Positions 40,916 through 54,116 of a stretch of DNA of 64,000 nt are shown in pieces. The first letter of the stretch is position 1; each line of letters opens with the position of its first letter. The notes beneath the pieces were generated by a model. That model did not search any database, was not told the DNA's origin, and saw only the letters and a list, made by a program, of their open reading frames with translations. The position numbers and the translations under genes were made by a program. The stretch is from positions 22,262 through 86,261 of the forward strand of contig NW_021832552.1 in assembly GCF_006345805.1 (NCBI RefSeq). The letters are read 5' to 3'. Source of the DNA: Octopus sinensis. Taxonomy: Eukaryota.

Positions 40916-41138
40916 CACTGAGTAATCCACAGACACGTAGTTCTCAGGGCGATTCAGCGTGACACAAGGTGTGACAAGGCTGGCCCTTTGAAATACAGGT
41001 ACAACTCATTTTTGCCAGCTGAGTGGACTGGAGCAACGTGAAATAAAGTGTCTTGCTCAAGGACACAACGCGTCGCCGGGAATCGAACTCACGACCTACA
41101 ATCGTGAGCCGAATGCCCTAACCACTAAGACCACGCGC
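40916..41138 (-). mobile_element. tRNA-derived SINE family D
   Basis: A-box TAGTGGTTAGG, B-box GTTCGATTCCC, then GTGTCCTTGAGCAAGACACTT. Confidence 0.8.
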
Positions 41139-41154
41139 ATTCACACACACACAC

Positions 41155-41189
<35 letters not shown>

Positions 41190-41205
41190 CCATCCACACA
41201 CACAC

Positions 41206-41247
<42 letters not shown>

Positions 41248-41711
41248 TAATATATATACGACGGTCTTTTTTTTTCAGTCTCCGTCTACCAAATCCACTC
41301 GCAATGCTTTGGTATGCTCGTGGATATAGTAGAAGACTTGCCCATGATGCCATGCAGTGGGACTGAACCCGGAACCATGTGGTTGGGAAGCAACATTTTT
41401 TCAGGGTTGTTGATATTTTTTATGCAGGACCAATAATTAAAATTTCAGCAGCTCAGCAAACCGGCAGTTCAAATTTTGGCAGCTCACCACCGAGTTTCTG
41501 ATTTAGGCACAGAGCCAGCGGTTTCGAGTGAAGGCGATCATTCAATGCAATCGACCCCAGTCCTTGGTTGATATTTTATTTTATCGACCCTATAGGGATC
41601 AAAAGCAAAGCTAACTCCAACAGGGACTGAACGTAAAGAATCAGAAGAAATACAGCAACGCACCTAGCGATTCTGCCGGTTCGCCGCTTTAATAGCAATA
41701 ATAATAATAAT

Positions 41712-41927
41712 AATTCTTTCTACAAAAGGCACAAGGCCTGATATTTTGGGGTAGGGGACTAGCCGATTACATCGACCCCAGTACGCAACTAGTACTTAAT
41801 TTATCGACCCCGAAAGGATGCAAGGCAAAGTCGACCTCGACAGAATTTGAACTCAGAACGTAAAGACGGACAAAATGCCGCTAAGCATTTTGCTCGGCAT
41901 GCGAACGATTCTACCGGCTCACCGCCT
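41712..41927 (-). mobile_element. Family B SINE (alternative tail) flanked by (AAT)n
   Basis: Consensus match. Confidence 0.8.
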
Positions 41928-41929
41928 TA

Positions 41930-41980
<51 letters not shown>

Positions 41981-42705
41981 GCAATATCGTTTGGACCAGA
42001 TAACAGTTCATTTGAATTACCTACCATAAATATGAAAACAAGGATTGATGGCCTCAACCCTGGTATTTGATTGGTAGGCCATTTTTTTTTAACTCGGAAG
42101 AATGAGAGACGCAAAACTGGACTTAGTGAATTTCTAAGAACGCAATAAATGTAATTAAATGTTGCAAAATGATTTGTTGATTACCAATCTTGTTCACACT
42201 CATTTTAACTGGCTCACATAGCATATGCACTGAAAAACTGTTTCAAAACTTAACAATGCAGGATAAACATAGAAAAATCTCTTGCATACCTTTCTTATTA
42301 GTCATGTTCTTACATAATAAAAATGTGAATAACGTGTTTTATGAGATATTTACGCATTTGCTCGAATTTTCTAAATGCTTAAATTATATTTTAAAAATAA
42401 TTTACAGCAATCATTCTAGTTGTTGATAATCATTGGCAAAGTGTATGCGTGTGTGTGTACGTGTAAACTCATGTAGTAGATGTAAACGTCAAATTTAACC
42501 CCGTCCCCGTAGACTGAAAAAAGTGTTGAGCACTGTTAATCGATTTTCAACCTTTATTCGGGTCTCGTCAGTGGGTGTAATTCATTTAACTAATGCCAAA
42601 GAAACAAGGCGCCAACTTGTTTATTAACACAAGAAATAGAGTAGCTTCAGAGACTGGAGCGATTAATCTGCATACTATAAGTATTTGTTAATTTATTTAA
42701 TATCT

Positions 42706-43270
42706 GTTTCTTTATTACCCACAAGGGGCTAAACATAGAGGGGACAAACAAGGACAGACACAGGGATTAAGTCGATTACATCGACCCCAGTGCGTAACTG
42801 GTACTTAATTTATCGACCCCGAAACGATGAAAGGCAAAGTCGACCTCGGCGGAATTTGAACCCAGAACGTAACGGCAGACGAAATACGGCCACGCATTTC
42901 GCCCGGCGTGCTAACGTTTCTGCCAGCTCGCCGCCATCCGCAGCCTGCCAACGGGTATTCCCATTTAGACAGTATCAACCTATTATATATTTCTTTACTA
43001 CCCACAAGGGGCCAAACACAGAGGGGACAAACAAGGACAGACACACGGATTAAGTCGATTACATCGACCCCAGTGCGTAACTGGTACTTAATTTATTGAC
43101 CCCGAAAGGATGAAAGGCAAAGTCGACCTCGGCGGAATTTGAACCCAGAACGTAACGGCAGACGAAATACGGCTACGCATTTCGCCCGAAGGTGCTAACG
43201 TTTCTGCCAGCTCGCCGCCATCCGCAGCCTGCCAACGGGTATTCCATTTAAACAGTATCAACCTATTATA
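42706..43270 (-). repeat. Tandem duplication (~283-bp unit) of a family B SINE plus ~52 bp of flank
   Basis: 42706-42987 and 42990-43270 are near-identical. Confidence 0.85.
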
Positions 43271-43769
43271 AGTGTAAACTTACGTAGCAGCCTGACAAAC
43301 CTGGCAAATTTAAGATTATCTAAAATTGAATACTGATTATACTAAAAAAAAAAAAGAAAATTTTAATGGACTAGCACCTTATGGAAGGAAGTTTTTATGT
43401 TGTGTTAAGCGCTTTTCGATGTTTATTTTTTTTTTCAGACATACATGTTATGAGGTAACCTCTATAGGAGCAATTGTTTTAATAGCGGTGTTAACCATTT
43501 CCGGTATATTTTCGGATTTAAAATTCTTATAAAATGTCCTTTTGCGTTTCCTGGTTGGTCATTTTTGTCCTTTGTTTAAAGCCTGATTCTTACTCTGTCG
43601 GTCACATTTGCCGAACAGCTGACTTACGCTAAGTTACAGAGAAATACACAAACCAACACTGGTTTGTGGTGGTAGAGGTGGTGGGAACGCACACACACAC
43701 ACACACACGCATAGATGTATAAATACACACAAACACACACACACACACACCACACACACACACTATATA

Positions 43770-43970
43770 TATAAATATATAGGGAGAGTTTACGAAAAAA
43801 ACAGAAGACGAAGTCAGGTGGTGTACAAAACAAACAGATGTATTAGTATAACGCCCAGGAATAGAAAAAGTCTTTTACGTTTCGAGCCTACGCTCTTCTA
43901 CAGAAAGGGACACAGAAAAAACAAGGAGAGAAAAAAATGTGTGTAGTGGCTAACAATCTATCATGGCGAC
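43770..43970 (-). mobile_element. Family E repeat (probable PLE pLTR fragment) with a hammerhead-like motif
   Basis: Reverse complement of 52195-52385; embedded in (TA)n. Confidence 0.6.
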
Positions 43971-44073
43971 ATATATATATATACTCAATATAAAACAGTG
44001 AATATTTAAACACAAAAGAATATGTTGTCTATTGACTTTTTATACATGCTAGGCCACTGCCCTATATTTTTAC

Positions 44074-44139
<66 letters not shown>

Positions 44140-44150
44140 GTGTGTGTGTG

Positions 44151-44193
<43 letters not shown>

Positions 44194-45587
44194 TAGTAAT
44201 AGTATGAGCTGTAGTTGTGATAGAGGCGGAGGTGGCGGTGATGAGGGTGGTGGTGGTAGCCGAGGCAGTGAGAGGTGAAGTGAGAGTAAGCAATGTGAAA
44301 GACAGTGGCGATGATGTTGTGGGGGGGAGGCGTCAGAACTCTGAATGGTGTGTGTATGGCAGATGTGGTGGCGTTGGTGGTGGTGGTAGTGTTGTTTATC
44401 ATGCAGCTTTGCAATAAGTTCGAAGTCGACAAATTATATCATTGTTTGGTTGAAAAATTGTTCATGGTTTGAAAAATATTGAAGTTTGAAAAAAAATTGA
44501 TATGTACTCGATGCATGAAGTATCATTGTTGGGCCCAAGGCGTAATGAAGAGCCCTGCACAGGAACTAGCTTAAAAACCGCCATATTGGAAGGCTTTTAA
44601 GCTAGTGCATACTATATACGCATACACATATGCATATATCCGTGTCCACACAAACAAGTCAAACAGGAACGATTGTAAGGACGACACAAATAAGAAAAGT
44701 TGGATGCATATATGTGCGAATGTGTGTGAGAGAGAGAGAGACAGACAGACAGACAGAGAGTGTGTGCGTGTGAGTATACGTGTATAAAAATATAAATGCA
44801 AATATGCAGATAAAGCCGCAAATATTATGTGATTTTTCTTTTGAATATTCGCGTAAACAGGTGCTGCAAATGGAGATGGTACGAAAACATTTGTGACTTC
44901 TAATTAAAGATGCGTTAAAGAATTTTTTCTTCTTCTTTTCAATATACATACATACATACATACATATAATATATATATACTATATATATATATAATATAT
45001 AATATATCGCTAGCTCCAAAAGTGTTTATATTCTCTCTCTCTTTATTTCATCGTGTTCCTTTCTGTTGAAGAACGTAAGCTCGAAACGAAAAAGACTTTC
45101 TCACCTTCCCGAGCGATTTTATATATATATGTATATATATAAAGGACTATAGACAGGGGTTGGGTAGAGCGAGGAGCGCAGAAAATCGTGACTGGTCACG
45201 ACTTTCATTTCTCCGCGTTACCCATTTTTGTCTTGTCTTGCAGCCCGAGGGCGTTTTTTTTATTTTTTGTATATTATCATTTTCGTTGTTGTCTTTATCT
45301 GGCCCTAAGCCTTTATTCGGTTTGATGTTTTGTCCCGCGTCCATCCACTAACGGTCTCGTCTCGAGCCCGTCTCGTTTTGTTATGTTTAGGTCCCACTCC
45401 CGGCAAGTTTTATGCCGGTGCCTCCAGTGTGGAAGTAATATTATCGATAATGGCCGAAATTGCGCTCGACTTTCTGGCCGATAACTTAGTGACCTTCAGT
45501 ATTTTCCGTTCGTCTGTATATTTAGTATATGTCCGCATGTTTATTTACTACACATTTTTAAAATTATTAATATAAATATATATATAT

Positions 45588-45634
<47 letters not shown>

Positions 45635-45644
45635 TTATAGAAGG

Positions 45645-45695
45645 AGCTTCTACAGGACTAGAACTGTTTCATTCAAATGAAATCATCAGGAAGCT
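45645..45695 (-). ncRNA. Type I hammerhead ribozyme motif
   Basis: The minus strand reads AGCUUC-CUGAUGA-UUUCAUUUGAAU-GAA-ACAG-uucuaguc-CUGU-A-GAAGCU: 6-bp stem I, 4-bp stem III, GUA cleavage triplet. Confidence 0.7.
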
Positions 45696-45835
45696 TGGCG
45701 TCAAGAATAGTTTCTTGACGCCAAGCTTCCTGATGATTTCATTTGAATGAAACCCGGGACCTACATATATATATATATGTATATACAGGTATGTCATACT
45801 TCCCTTTTGTTGTCTTTGTATTTATCATGTATGTA

Positions 45836-45931
<96 letters not shown>

Positions 45932-46619
45932 ACACACACATATATGAGTTGGTTGTTTGTCGTTCCATAACCGAGTTGCATCTGGTTCAATTTGTTGGGT
46001 AGTGTTTGCACCAGGTTGATGAAGACTGGCGGCAGAGAAACCCGCCTCTCGACTGTGTTTGTTGAAAAATAATTTGCGCTTTTAGTCATATTGCCCTTTG
46101 CTCTTCTGGGGAAAAAAATGGCTTTTCCAGTTGTTTATTCTCTTCCCATATTCTTTTCTACTCTAGGTACAGTGCCGACATTTTGAAGGAGGAAGCCAGT
46201 TGATTAGATCGAACTCAGTACGCAACTGGAACTTATTTAATCGACCACGAAAGGATGAAAGGCAAAGTCGACCTCGGCAGAATTTGAACTCAGAACGTAA
46301 AGGTATCACTGTTTCTTCGAGATTAAGATGGATTTTTCTCTCAGTGAGCCAGTAAAATGTCCGTCAGTATCTTATTAACTCCTTCTATTTGCATTCAATG
46401 TATGCCAGTCAAATATCTAAAATATATTAACCAGAAATTCAAGATCTTACCATGTCGTGTAACATCTCGAATTTTCCAGCGCTTTTGCTATTTTTTTGTG
46501 TTGGTATGGCTTCCCCCTAATATACAGATCTTGTGGCTATATTTTAAACACCCTCATTCGTGGGTATGTATTTGCTGTCCATAGTCCTTCTCAAAATTTT
46601 TGTACTTCTCTTGCTGTTG

Positions 46620-46681
<62 letters not shown>

Positions 46682-48569
46682 CTGCGTGTGCGTGTGCACG
46701 CGTGTGTTCGTAGATGTGAGCTAGTGTGTGTTTGCGAGTGTGTGTGTACAATACCTTTAACTTAAGCTGCTCTAATTTATATACCTTTTAGGTTTAAATA
46801 GTATATTTTAATAATATTTACCCGTGTTAGATATATTTTACCGATTCCCGAAGAACGTAAGGCAAAGACAACCATGGCAGTTTTCTGAAATTAAAAAGAG
46901 TTCACCATCTTATTTAACAAGGCAATTTGTTCTCCAAAGAAAGAATGATAACCAAATGTAAAGTTACATTTTTTCCGACTCACTGATACCAAACATTTTT
47001 GCCATTTTCATCTTGTAGATCTAAGTAGATTTTACTGGTCTTGACGCTTAGTTAGTTCGAGAATCTATTGAGCTAGCTTTTCCAGTTGCACTGGTATCTA
47101 TTTTAGAAAGGAATAGATAAATTGGACACCTGGAAGTAGAAGAGAATATATAATAGGATAGGTTGTTTTGGCATCGCTTCAGTTTCCCACTAAAGCATTA
47201 ATAATTAAATGTGCGTGCATACGTGTGTGTGTATACATATGTGTATACATGTGTATAAAGAGTAAGGAATAGAGAATGAGAGGTAGAAAGATAAAATCAC
47301 AGATAAAAACAAAGAGAGGGGTAATGTGAGAGAAAGGGAGAGAGAGAACGGAAGACATACAGACAGACAAACAGATATAGAACAATTTGTTGGTATACCT
47401 ACATATCTTATTGCAACATTAGATAGTTATTCTCTCAGCGAAGACGCAGTAACCTTTCTAAATGATAATGTGACCCATTGAAGCAGTTTTTAAACAATCT
47501 TGAAAATTTTTTGCTGAAATATTAGGTAACAACACAGTTTATTTTGTTCATCATTTATAGATAACCAGGCAACCGCCTAGTTCTATAAACTTGCTTGATT
47601 GTTTCCACAGCGGCGAGAAACCGAATGTCTAACGTAGATTGATAAAAAATGTATGGCGTTTGCCAATATTAAACTTAAGGTTAGAAACTTATAGAAGTTT
47701 TACAGTTTTGATACAATGACCTACTGTTTACTGGTTTATATTATTGTGTTGAGGTAGTTAAAGCCAATATGCATATTACTTCATGTCGGTAAATCGAGAT
47801 TGCGAACATGTAGAGGCTTTCTCTACTTGTTCGCTAGACCAGTTAAAAATTGCGACCAAATTTCCATCGTATTTCACTTTTCTATTTTAAAACAGGAAAG
47901 GACACACTAGGTAATGTAGACCTAGATACACCCAAAGAGGTGAGATGGACATGGGTGGAAAGCTTTTAAACATTGGTTCATTCGATCGTGGTTGATCTGG
48001 GGTTAACAATAATTACACCATCTACTACAACTATTTACTGATGAAACCAACGAGAGTGACCATCACTAGCAAAGCAATGACTGTGCAAAATGTTAGGTCT
48101 ATTAAGGCTTTCATAACACCTCATAGACCCTCACTGCACTATTGACGCGACCCATAAAGAACCCGGTGCAAGACATCGCGTGCCAAAATGGACCACAATT
48201 TCAGGAATGTGGGAGCACCATGTTCTCAAGCGTAAACAAAAGATCCCCCAAATGTCCAATGCCATTCCCTGCATATCTGGTGACTTGCATAACAGACTGA
48301 CCTTAGAGACATGTTTTAACAAAAACTGAAGGGCGCCTCACTCTGAGAGGTCTTCCATCATGCCGGACGCCAACCTGGAATTTCTGAGTGCTTGTGCTAT
48401 TGCTAGCTAGTCGTTGAAGCTACAGTGGGTCCATCCGTCCTTTCACAGGTCTTTAATTCTGCTGGGATTCTAGCAACCTATACACATGCATAGACACACA
48501 TACGCATAGATACACAAACACATACACTCACAAACATACGCACACACATATACACACACCTACACGCAT

Positions 48570-48957
48570 ACTCTTTTACTTATTTTAGTCATTTGACTGC
48601 GGCCATGCTGGAGCACCGCCTTTAATCGAGCAACTCGACTCCGGGACTTATTCTTTGTAAGCCCAGTACTTATTCTGTCGGTCTCTTTTGCCGAACCGCT
48701 AAGTGACGGGGACGCAAACACACTAGCATCGGTTGTCAAGCAATGCTAGGGGGACAAACACACACATACATATATATATATATATACATATATACGACAG
48801 GCTTCTTTCAGTTTCCGTCTACCAAATCCACTCACAAGGCTTTGGTCGGCCCGAGGCTATAGTAGAAGACACTTGCCCAAGGTGCCACGCAGTGGGACTG
48901 AACCCGGAACCATGTGGTTGGTAAGCAAGCTACTTACCACACAGCCACTCCTGCGCC
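48570..48957 (-). mobile_element. SINE family A, full length
   Basis: Begins GGCGCAGGAGTGGCTGTGTGGTAAG on the minus strand, with a complete tail. Confidence 0.9.
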
Positions 48958-49039
48958 TATATATATAATTATACATGTGTGTGTGCGTGAATGTGTGTGT
49001 GCGAGCAGAACTAGAAAGAGGGATTCACATAATCAAAGG

Positions 49040-49400
49040 CATGTCAGAAATAGCAGGTATGCACACCTTTAAAAACAAGGAATAAATAAAAGAAAAAAAC
49101 ATCATTTCGGTGCAAACATAACAGACCTGATTTTGTTCCGTGGGACACGGAGCGAAAGTTTTGTACTGTTGCAGAGGACAGCTTTCCAACAGATGTGAAT
49201 GTACAATCTAGGGAAAAGCGAATACTTATGTTGTACCCTGGTTATGAATTCCCATTTGTACCTATGATCATAGGCGCATTAGGTTATGGGGCCCACAAGT
49301 TTGCACAAAAACCTAGAAAAATTCGGTTTCATAGAAAAAGAGGAAAAGAAACTGACGCGGATTCTCCAAATCCAATCTGTGAGTGGCACATTCCAAAAAT
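49040..49400 (+). mobile_element. Decayed RLE-type non-LTR retrotransposon fragment
   Basis: CKHNRPDFVPWD..CTVAE.SFPTDVN and FVPMIIGALGY. Confidence 0.65.
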
Positions 49401-49584
49401 TCTTCGTATGAGATTCTTATTCCATAGGATGCACACACCTGGGTGTATGCATCGACAATTCAACGAACACACCAACTCAACCACGAATTTACAAACACCG
49501 GGAACTCTCGTAACTCAAAAAGACTTGTTGCTTGGGTTAGTGACCGGCTTGAGCTCTCTCTAAAAATTGAATTAAACTCATACA

Positions 49585-49957
49585 TCTCTCTATATATAAA
49601 GCTGAAGTTGTCTGTGTGTGTGGCAGGTTTGGTAGCCTTCAACTAACTCTATCTCCTCCGAGACTCTGCGGCGCAAGTTGACCAAAATTGAGAGTATGCT
49701 AGAAGAAGGCTTGCTCTTCCTTCTGAAGAAGAAACAATTCAAATCGGACCATGTTAACACCAAAAATTATTTACATCAAAAAGGTGCTTTTTTTCTATGA
49801 AAATCCCTATTTTTTTACGATTTTTTTACTGCTGTGTCGCAGAAAAATGTTCACTTAAAGAGAATAACAAGCTACATAATGCAAAACTTTTACTTTTCAA
49901 AAATTCCAATTCTAAAGGGTCGAAACAAACCCGAGCAACGCCGGGCGATACTGCTAG
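49585..49957 (+). mobile_element. Non-autonomous Helitron
   Basis: A|TC start, CCCGAGCAACGCCGGG hairpin, CTAG|T end. Confidence 0.8.
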
Positions 49958-50430
49958 TACTTATATACATATATGACCGCTTGTAGCACAGCATCGGGTG
50001 ACATCTAGTTCATCGGTCCGGTCATGAATGAAACCAACATTTCACTCACGAGACCAATGATCTTTGTAAATAATTAGCGAGCAAACTAATTAACTAAATG
50101 AACAACTATCAACGGTAATATCCAATAAAAATTCTGAAAGAACAAACGTTATTTAAGCATTATTCTCTTAGTTTCACTTACGTCATCAGTTGTCAAGCGC
50201 TGAGGAGACACGAAGCTCATCAATAACTCGCAACAATGGTTGTAGGTTCAACAACTGCTTCGACAATACAAAACAGCAGATGAAACAGCAACTGCAGTTA
50301 CAAGAACAATATTAAATACAGACTCATTAAACTGTTTCTTTCTAGTTTGCTCGAGTATTGGACGCGCTTTCATCTATTGTTGTCCGCTTTGAAAAATATC
50401 TGAAGTAAAACATTGTGGCATATCTATCTG

Positions 50431-50493
<63 letters not shown>

Positions 50494-50534
50494 GTCTGTC
50501 TGTCTCTGTCTCTCTCTCTCTATCTATCTATCTG

Positions 50535-50589
<55 letters not shown>

Positions 50590-50590
<1 letters not shown>

Positions 50591-51185
50591 CTTCTTCAAG
50601 TACCACTTGAAAAGGAAAGTGAGAGTAGAGAGGCAAGTTTTGTCTAGCGAATGTTTTAAAAAAAGATGGGTGAATGTAGCAAGGATGGCACGTATGAATG
50701 ACGAAGCCACCTTGAGCATAATCCTATGAACCCAAAAATTGAAAACAAAGAGTTACCCACTTGCAAACAAATGTGGTAACATATAACAATATTGACCAAG
50801 GTTACCGTGGTCTTTTTCGTAGGCTTCTCTTCCCACGGATAAACCTTACTTGCTTTTCCCTTCACACCATATATCATAACACTGTGATACACGATCCCTA
50901 TTGATCGTTCCTTTTTTTTTTTCCCCTCTTCCCCTTTTTTTCCCCTTGTTCTTCTTTTTTCATTTCTCTTTTCTTTTGTTCCTTTCCCTTTCTTTTTTTT
51001 CCTTTTATTCTTTTATTTTTATTCTAGTTTAAAAATTTTTTTAATTATTGTTTTTGTTTTTTCTTCCCTTTTACGATCCCTCTTGATCGAAAACCTACGC
51101 CACCCCTTTTTTTTATCCCCCAAAGAAAAGCTCTACCTTGTAACTGTCCCATCTGTGTGCAGCCCTGTGTGGCCATAAAGAAAAT
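50590..51185 (+). mobile_element. Tx1/L1-like LINE 3' end embedded in (TATC)n
   Basis: [26 protein letters not shown] resembles a Tx1 ORF2 C-terminus; T-rich 3'UTR; (TATC)n on both sides. Confidence 0.55.
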
Positions 51186-51186
51186 G

Positions 51187-51227
<41 letters not shown>

Positions 51228-51344
51228 AATCTATCTATCTATCTATCCATCTATCTATTTATTTATCTATCTATCTGTAATCTATCTATCAATCAATCTA
51301 TCTATCTATCTATCTATCTATCTGTCTATCTATCTATCTATCTG

Positions 51345-51399
<55 letters not shown>

Positions 51400-52194
51400 G
51401 TCTATCCATTTTTCTATCTATCTCTTTATATAAGCGTGAGCATGCGCGAGCGCGCGTATACCTTTACAGTGAGGGAAGAAACTATTTCGATTCACATACG
51501 CAATTACGTAAAGCCACAAATAATTATGTACGCCTAACGGAATATGAATGTGTGCGTGTGCGCGCATGTGTATGTTTCTGTGTGTCTATCTGTGTATGTA
51601 TGTATATGGATGTATGTGTATGTGTGTGTGAATGTATGGATGTATGTGTACCTATGTGTGCCGTGCTTATTTTTTACGTGTGAGCGCATAAATGTTTGAG
51701 TGTATATGCAGTCTTTGTATAAATGTGAGGATATGTGTGTATGTGTGTGTGTGCGCACGCGCGTGTGTGCGTAGGAGTTCAAAGTAACTGAGAGAGAGAG
51801 GGAGAGAAGAGAAGGAGAAACATACGAAGTGAGGGGGGGCCGGTAATGCTAACTTAACGTCGTATATTATTGATAGTGTACTTCAACGAAAGCCAGTTCA
51901 GAGAAGAAGGAATGCGAATGCATAACCTCCAAATATTTTTTCAAGTGTATTAGTATAAACACGCGAAACACGGCAGTTTTCTCTTCTTTACACACACACA
52001 AACGCATATACACAATACACAAACACATATACATACGTTCATACATACATACATACATACATTCGTACGTACGTACGTACATACATACATACATACATAC
52101 ATACATACACACACATAATACATACGTACGTACGTACATACATACATACATACATACATACATACATACATACATACATACATACATACATACA

Positions 52195-52385
52195 GTCGCC
52201 ATGATAGATCGTTAGCCACTACACACATTTTTTCTCTCCTTGTTTTTTTCTGTGTCCCTTTCTGTAGAAGAGCGTAGGCTCGAAACGTAAAAGACTTTTC
52301 TATTCCTGAACGTCATACTAATACATCTGTTTGTTTTGTACACCACCTGTCTTCGTCTTTTGTTTTTTTCGTAAACTCTCCCTAC
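52195..52385 (+). mobile_element. Family E repeat with a hammerhead-like motif, inside (TACA)n
   Basis: Near-identical to 43770-43970 in the opposite orientation. Confidence 0.6.
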
Positions 52386-52683
52386 ATACATACATACATA
52401 CATACATACATACATACATACATACATACATACATAGGTACGTACATATACTACATACGTACATATACTACATACATACATACATACATACATACATACA
52501 TACATACATACATACATACATACATACATACACACACATGCACACTCACATATATGAATTCATCAGACGAGGAACACCAGAGTCTACGACCCTTTTCAAG
52601 GAGTCCGATGCTTGGTGCGAGAAAAGAAAACTTCAGCTCAGAGGATTTGAGCTGAATCCTTTCAGCAAAATGAACTCCGCTAA

Positions 52684-53033
52684 AGTCATTTCACTGCGGC
52701 CATGCTGGAGCACCGCCTTCAGAGGTTTTAGACGAACAAATCGACCGCAGAACTTATTCTTTAAGCCTAGTACTTATTCTATCGGTCTATTTTGCTGAAC
52801 CGCTAAGTTACGGGGACATCAACACACCAACACGGGTTGTCAAGTGGTGACGGGGGATAAACAGACACAATGACACACACATAGATATATACATATATCT
52901 GTCTACTAAATCCACCCACGAGGCTTTGATCGGTCCGAGGCTATAGTTGAGACACTTGCCCAAGATGCCATGCAGTGGCACGTGAACCGGAACCATGTGG
53001 TTGGAAAGCAGGCTTCTTACAGTATAGCCACGC
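52684..53033 (-). mobile_element. SINE family A, diverged
   Basis: Consensus match. Confidence 0.8.
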
Positions 53034-53107
<74 letters not shown>

Positions 53108-53153
53108 GATATATAAAATAATGATAATAATGATAATAAAAATAATAATAATA

Positions 53154-53212
<59 letters not shown>

Positions 53213-53792
53213 TGATGATGATAGGTATTTTATGAACGATATGTAATACATTTTTACTTGGAATTTTTCATTTCTTATTTTTTATTTCATAAATATTTTC
53301 GAAAGATTTCTAATATTTATTTAAGTAATAATGGAGTAATTTATTTATTTATTTATATGTTTATTGATTGAAAAAATATGGATTTTTAATTACTATATAT
53401 TGTTGACTAGAATTTAGATATGTACTTTTATATAAATTTATTATTTTATAATTATTATATGTGAACTAAAATCTAAAAATATTAAGAGTGATGTTTTCTA
53501 AAATAGTTTGGTAATTAAATATTAAAGCATAGCTAGGTTAAAGATATTCTATAGTTTATAATGTTTTTAAGCTAAATTATATCTTCACAGATAAATACAT
53601 TTTTCTATCTATTTACTCTATTTTTTTTACCTTAAATATTTAACATAATAAATGTATTGTAGGCAACTGGTGCTAAGTTTCAAATTTAGTTAATGGAGTT
53701 TCTTCTAAAAGAAAAATCATGATTTTATGTCTTTAAGAAATATTGTTTAATTCTATTTGCTTATTTATTTAACTATTATTGTTGTTATTTTT

Positions 53793-53893
53793 AACCTGAA
53801 GAGTGACAATAATTTCAAATCGAATTGTTTTTCGATTAAATCTAAATTTAATTGTAATTCGTATTTAATTATAGCCATGAAACGTACGTAGTT
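53793..53893 (+). ncRNA. Minimal type I hammerhead motif with an elongated stem II
   Basis: AAC-CUGAAGA-[~76 nt: GUGACAAUAAUU...AAUUAUAGCCAU]-GAAAC-GUAC-GUA-GUU; palindromic stem III ACGUACGU. Confidence 0.6.
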
Positions 53894-54008
53894 TTTTACT
53901 TATATATTGTTTATTCATTTTTGTACTTTTTATGATCTAGTTATACGTATTAAAAATATATATACTATGCACTACAATACAATATATATTCTATGTTGTA
54001 TAATACTT

Positions 54009-54116
54009 GCCTTCTCCCGGTTAATTCGCCATTACTGAGGGAATCCCAGTTGGTTTCTTTTCCTCCACTTAGCAATATACTTAAGTTCGGCAGGTAGTCT
54101 CATCCGAGTTGAGAGT
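54009..54116 (-). pseudogene. 28S rRNA 5'-end fragment with adjacent GC-rich ITS2-like sequence (to about 54255)
   Basis: The minus strand ACCTGCCGAACTTAAGTATAT..TAAGTGGAGGAAAAGAAACCAAC.GGGATTCCCTCAGTAATGGCGA matches the universal LSU 5' signature ACCCGCTGAACTTAAGCATAT..AAGCGGAGGAAAAGAAAC, mostly with C>T changes. Confidence 0.85.

Noticed and set aside
40916-41138. tRNA gene candidates in SINE heads
   Set aside because: A and B boxes are present, but there is no full cloverleaf and the sequence continues into SINE bodies.
48131-48322. ORF with a faint SGNH-esterase-like VVHFGT motif
   Set aside because: A single short motif with no supporting context.
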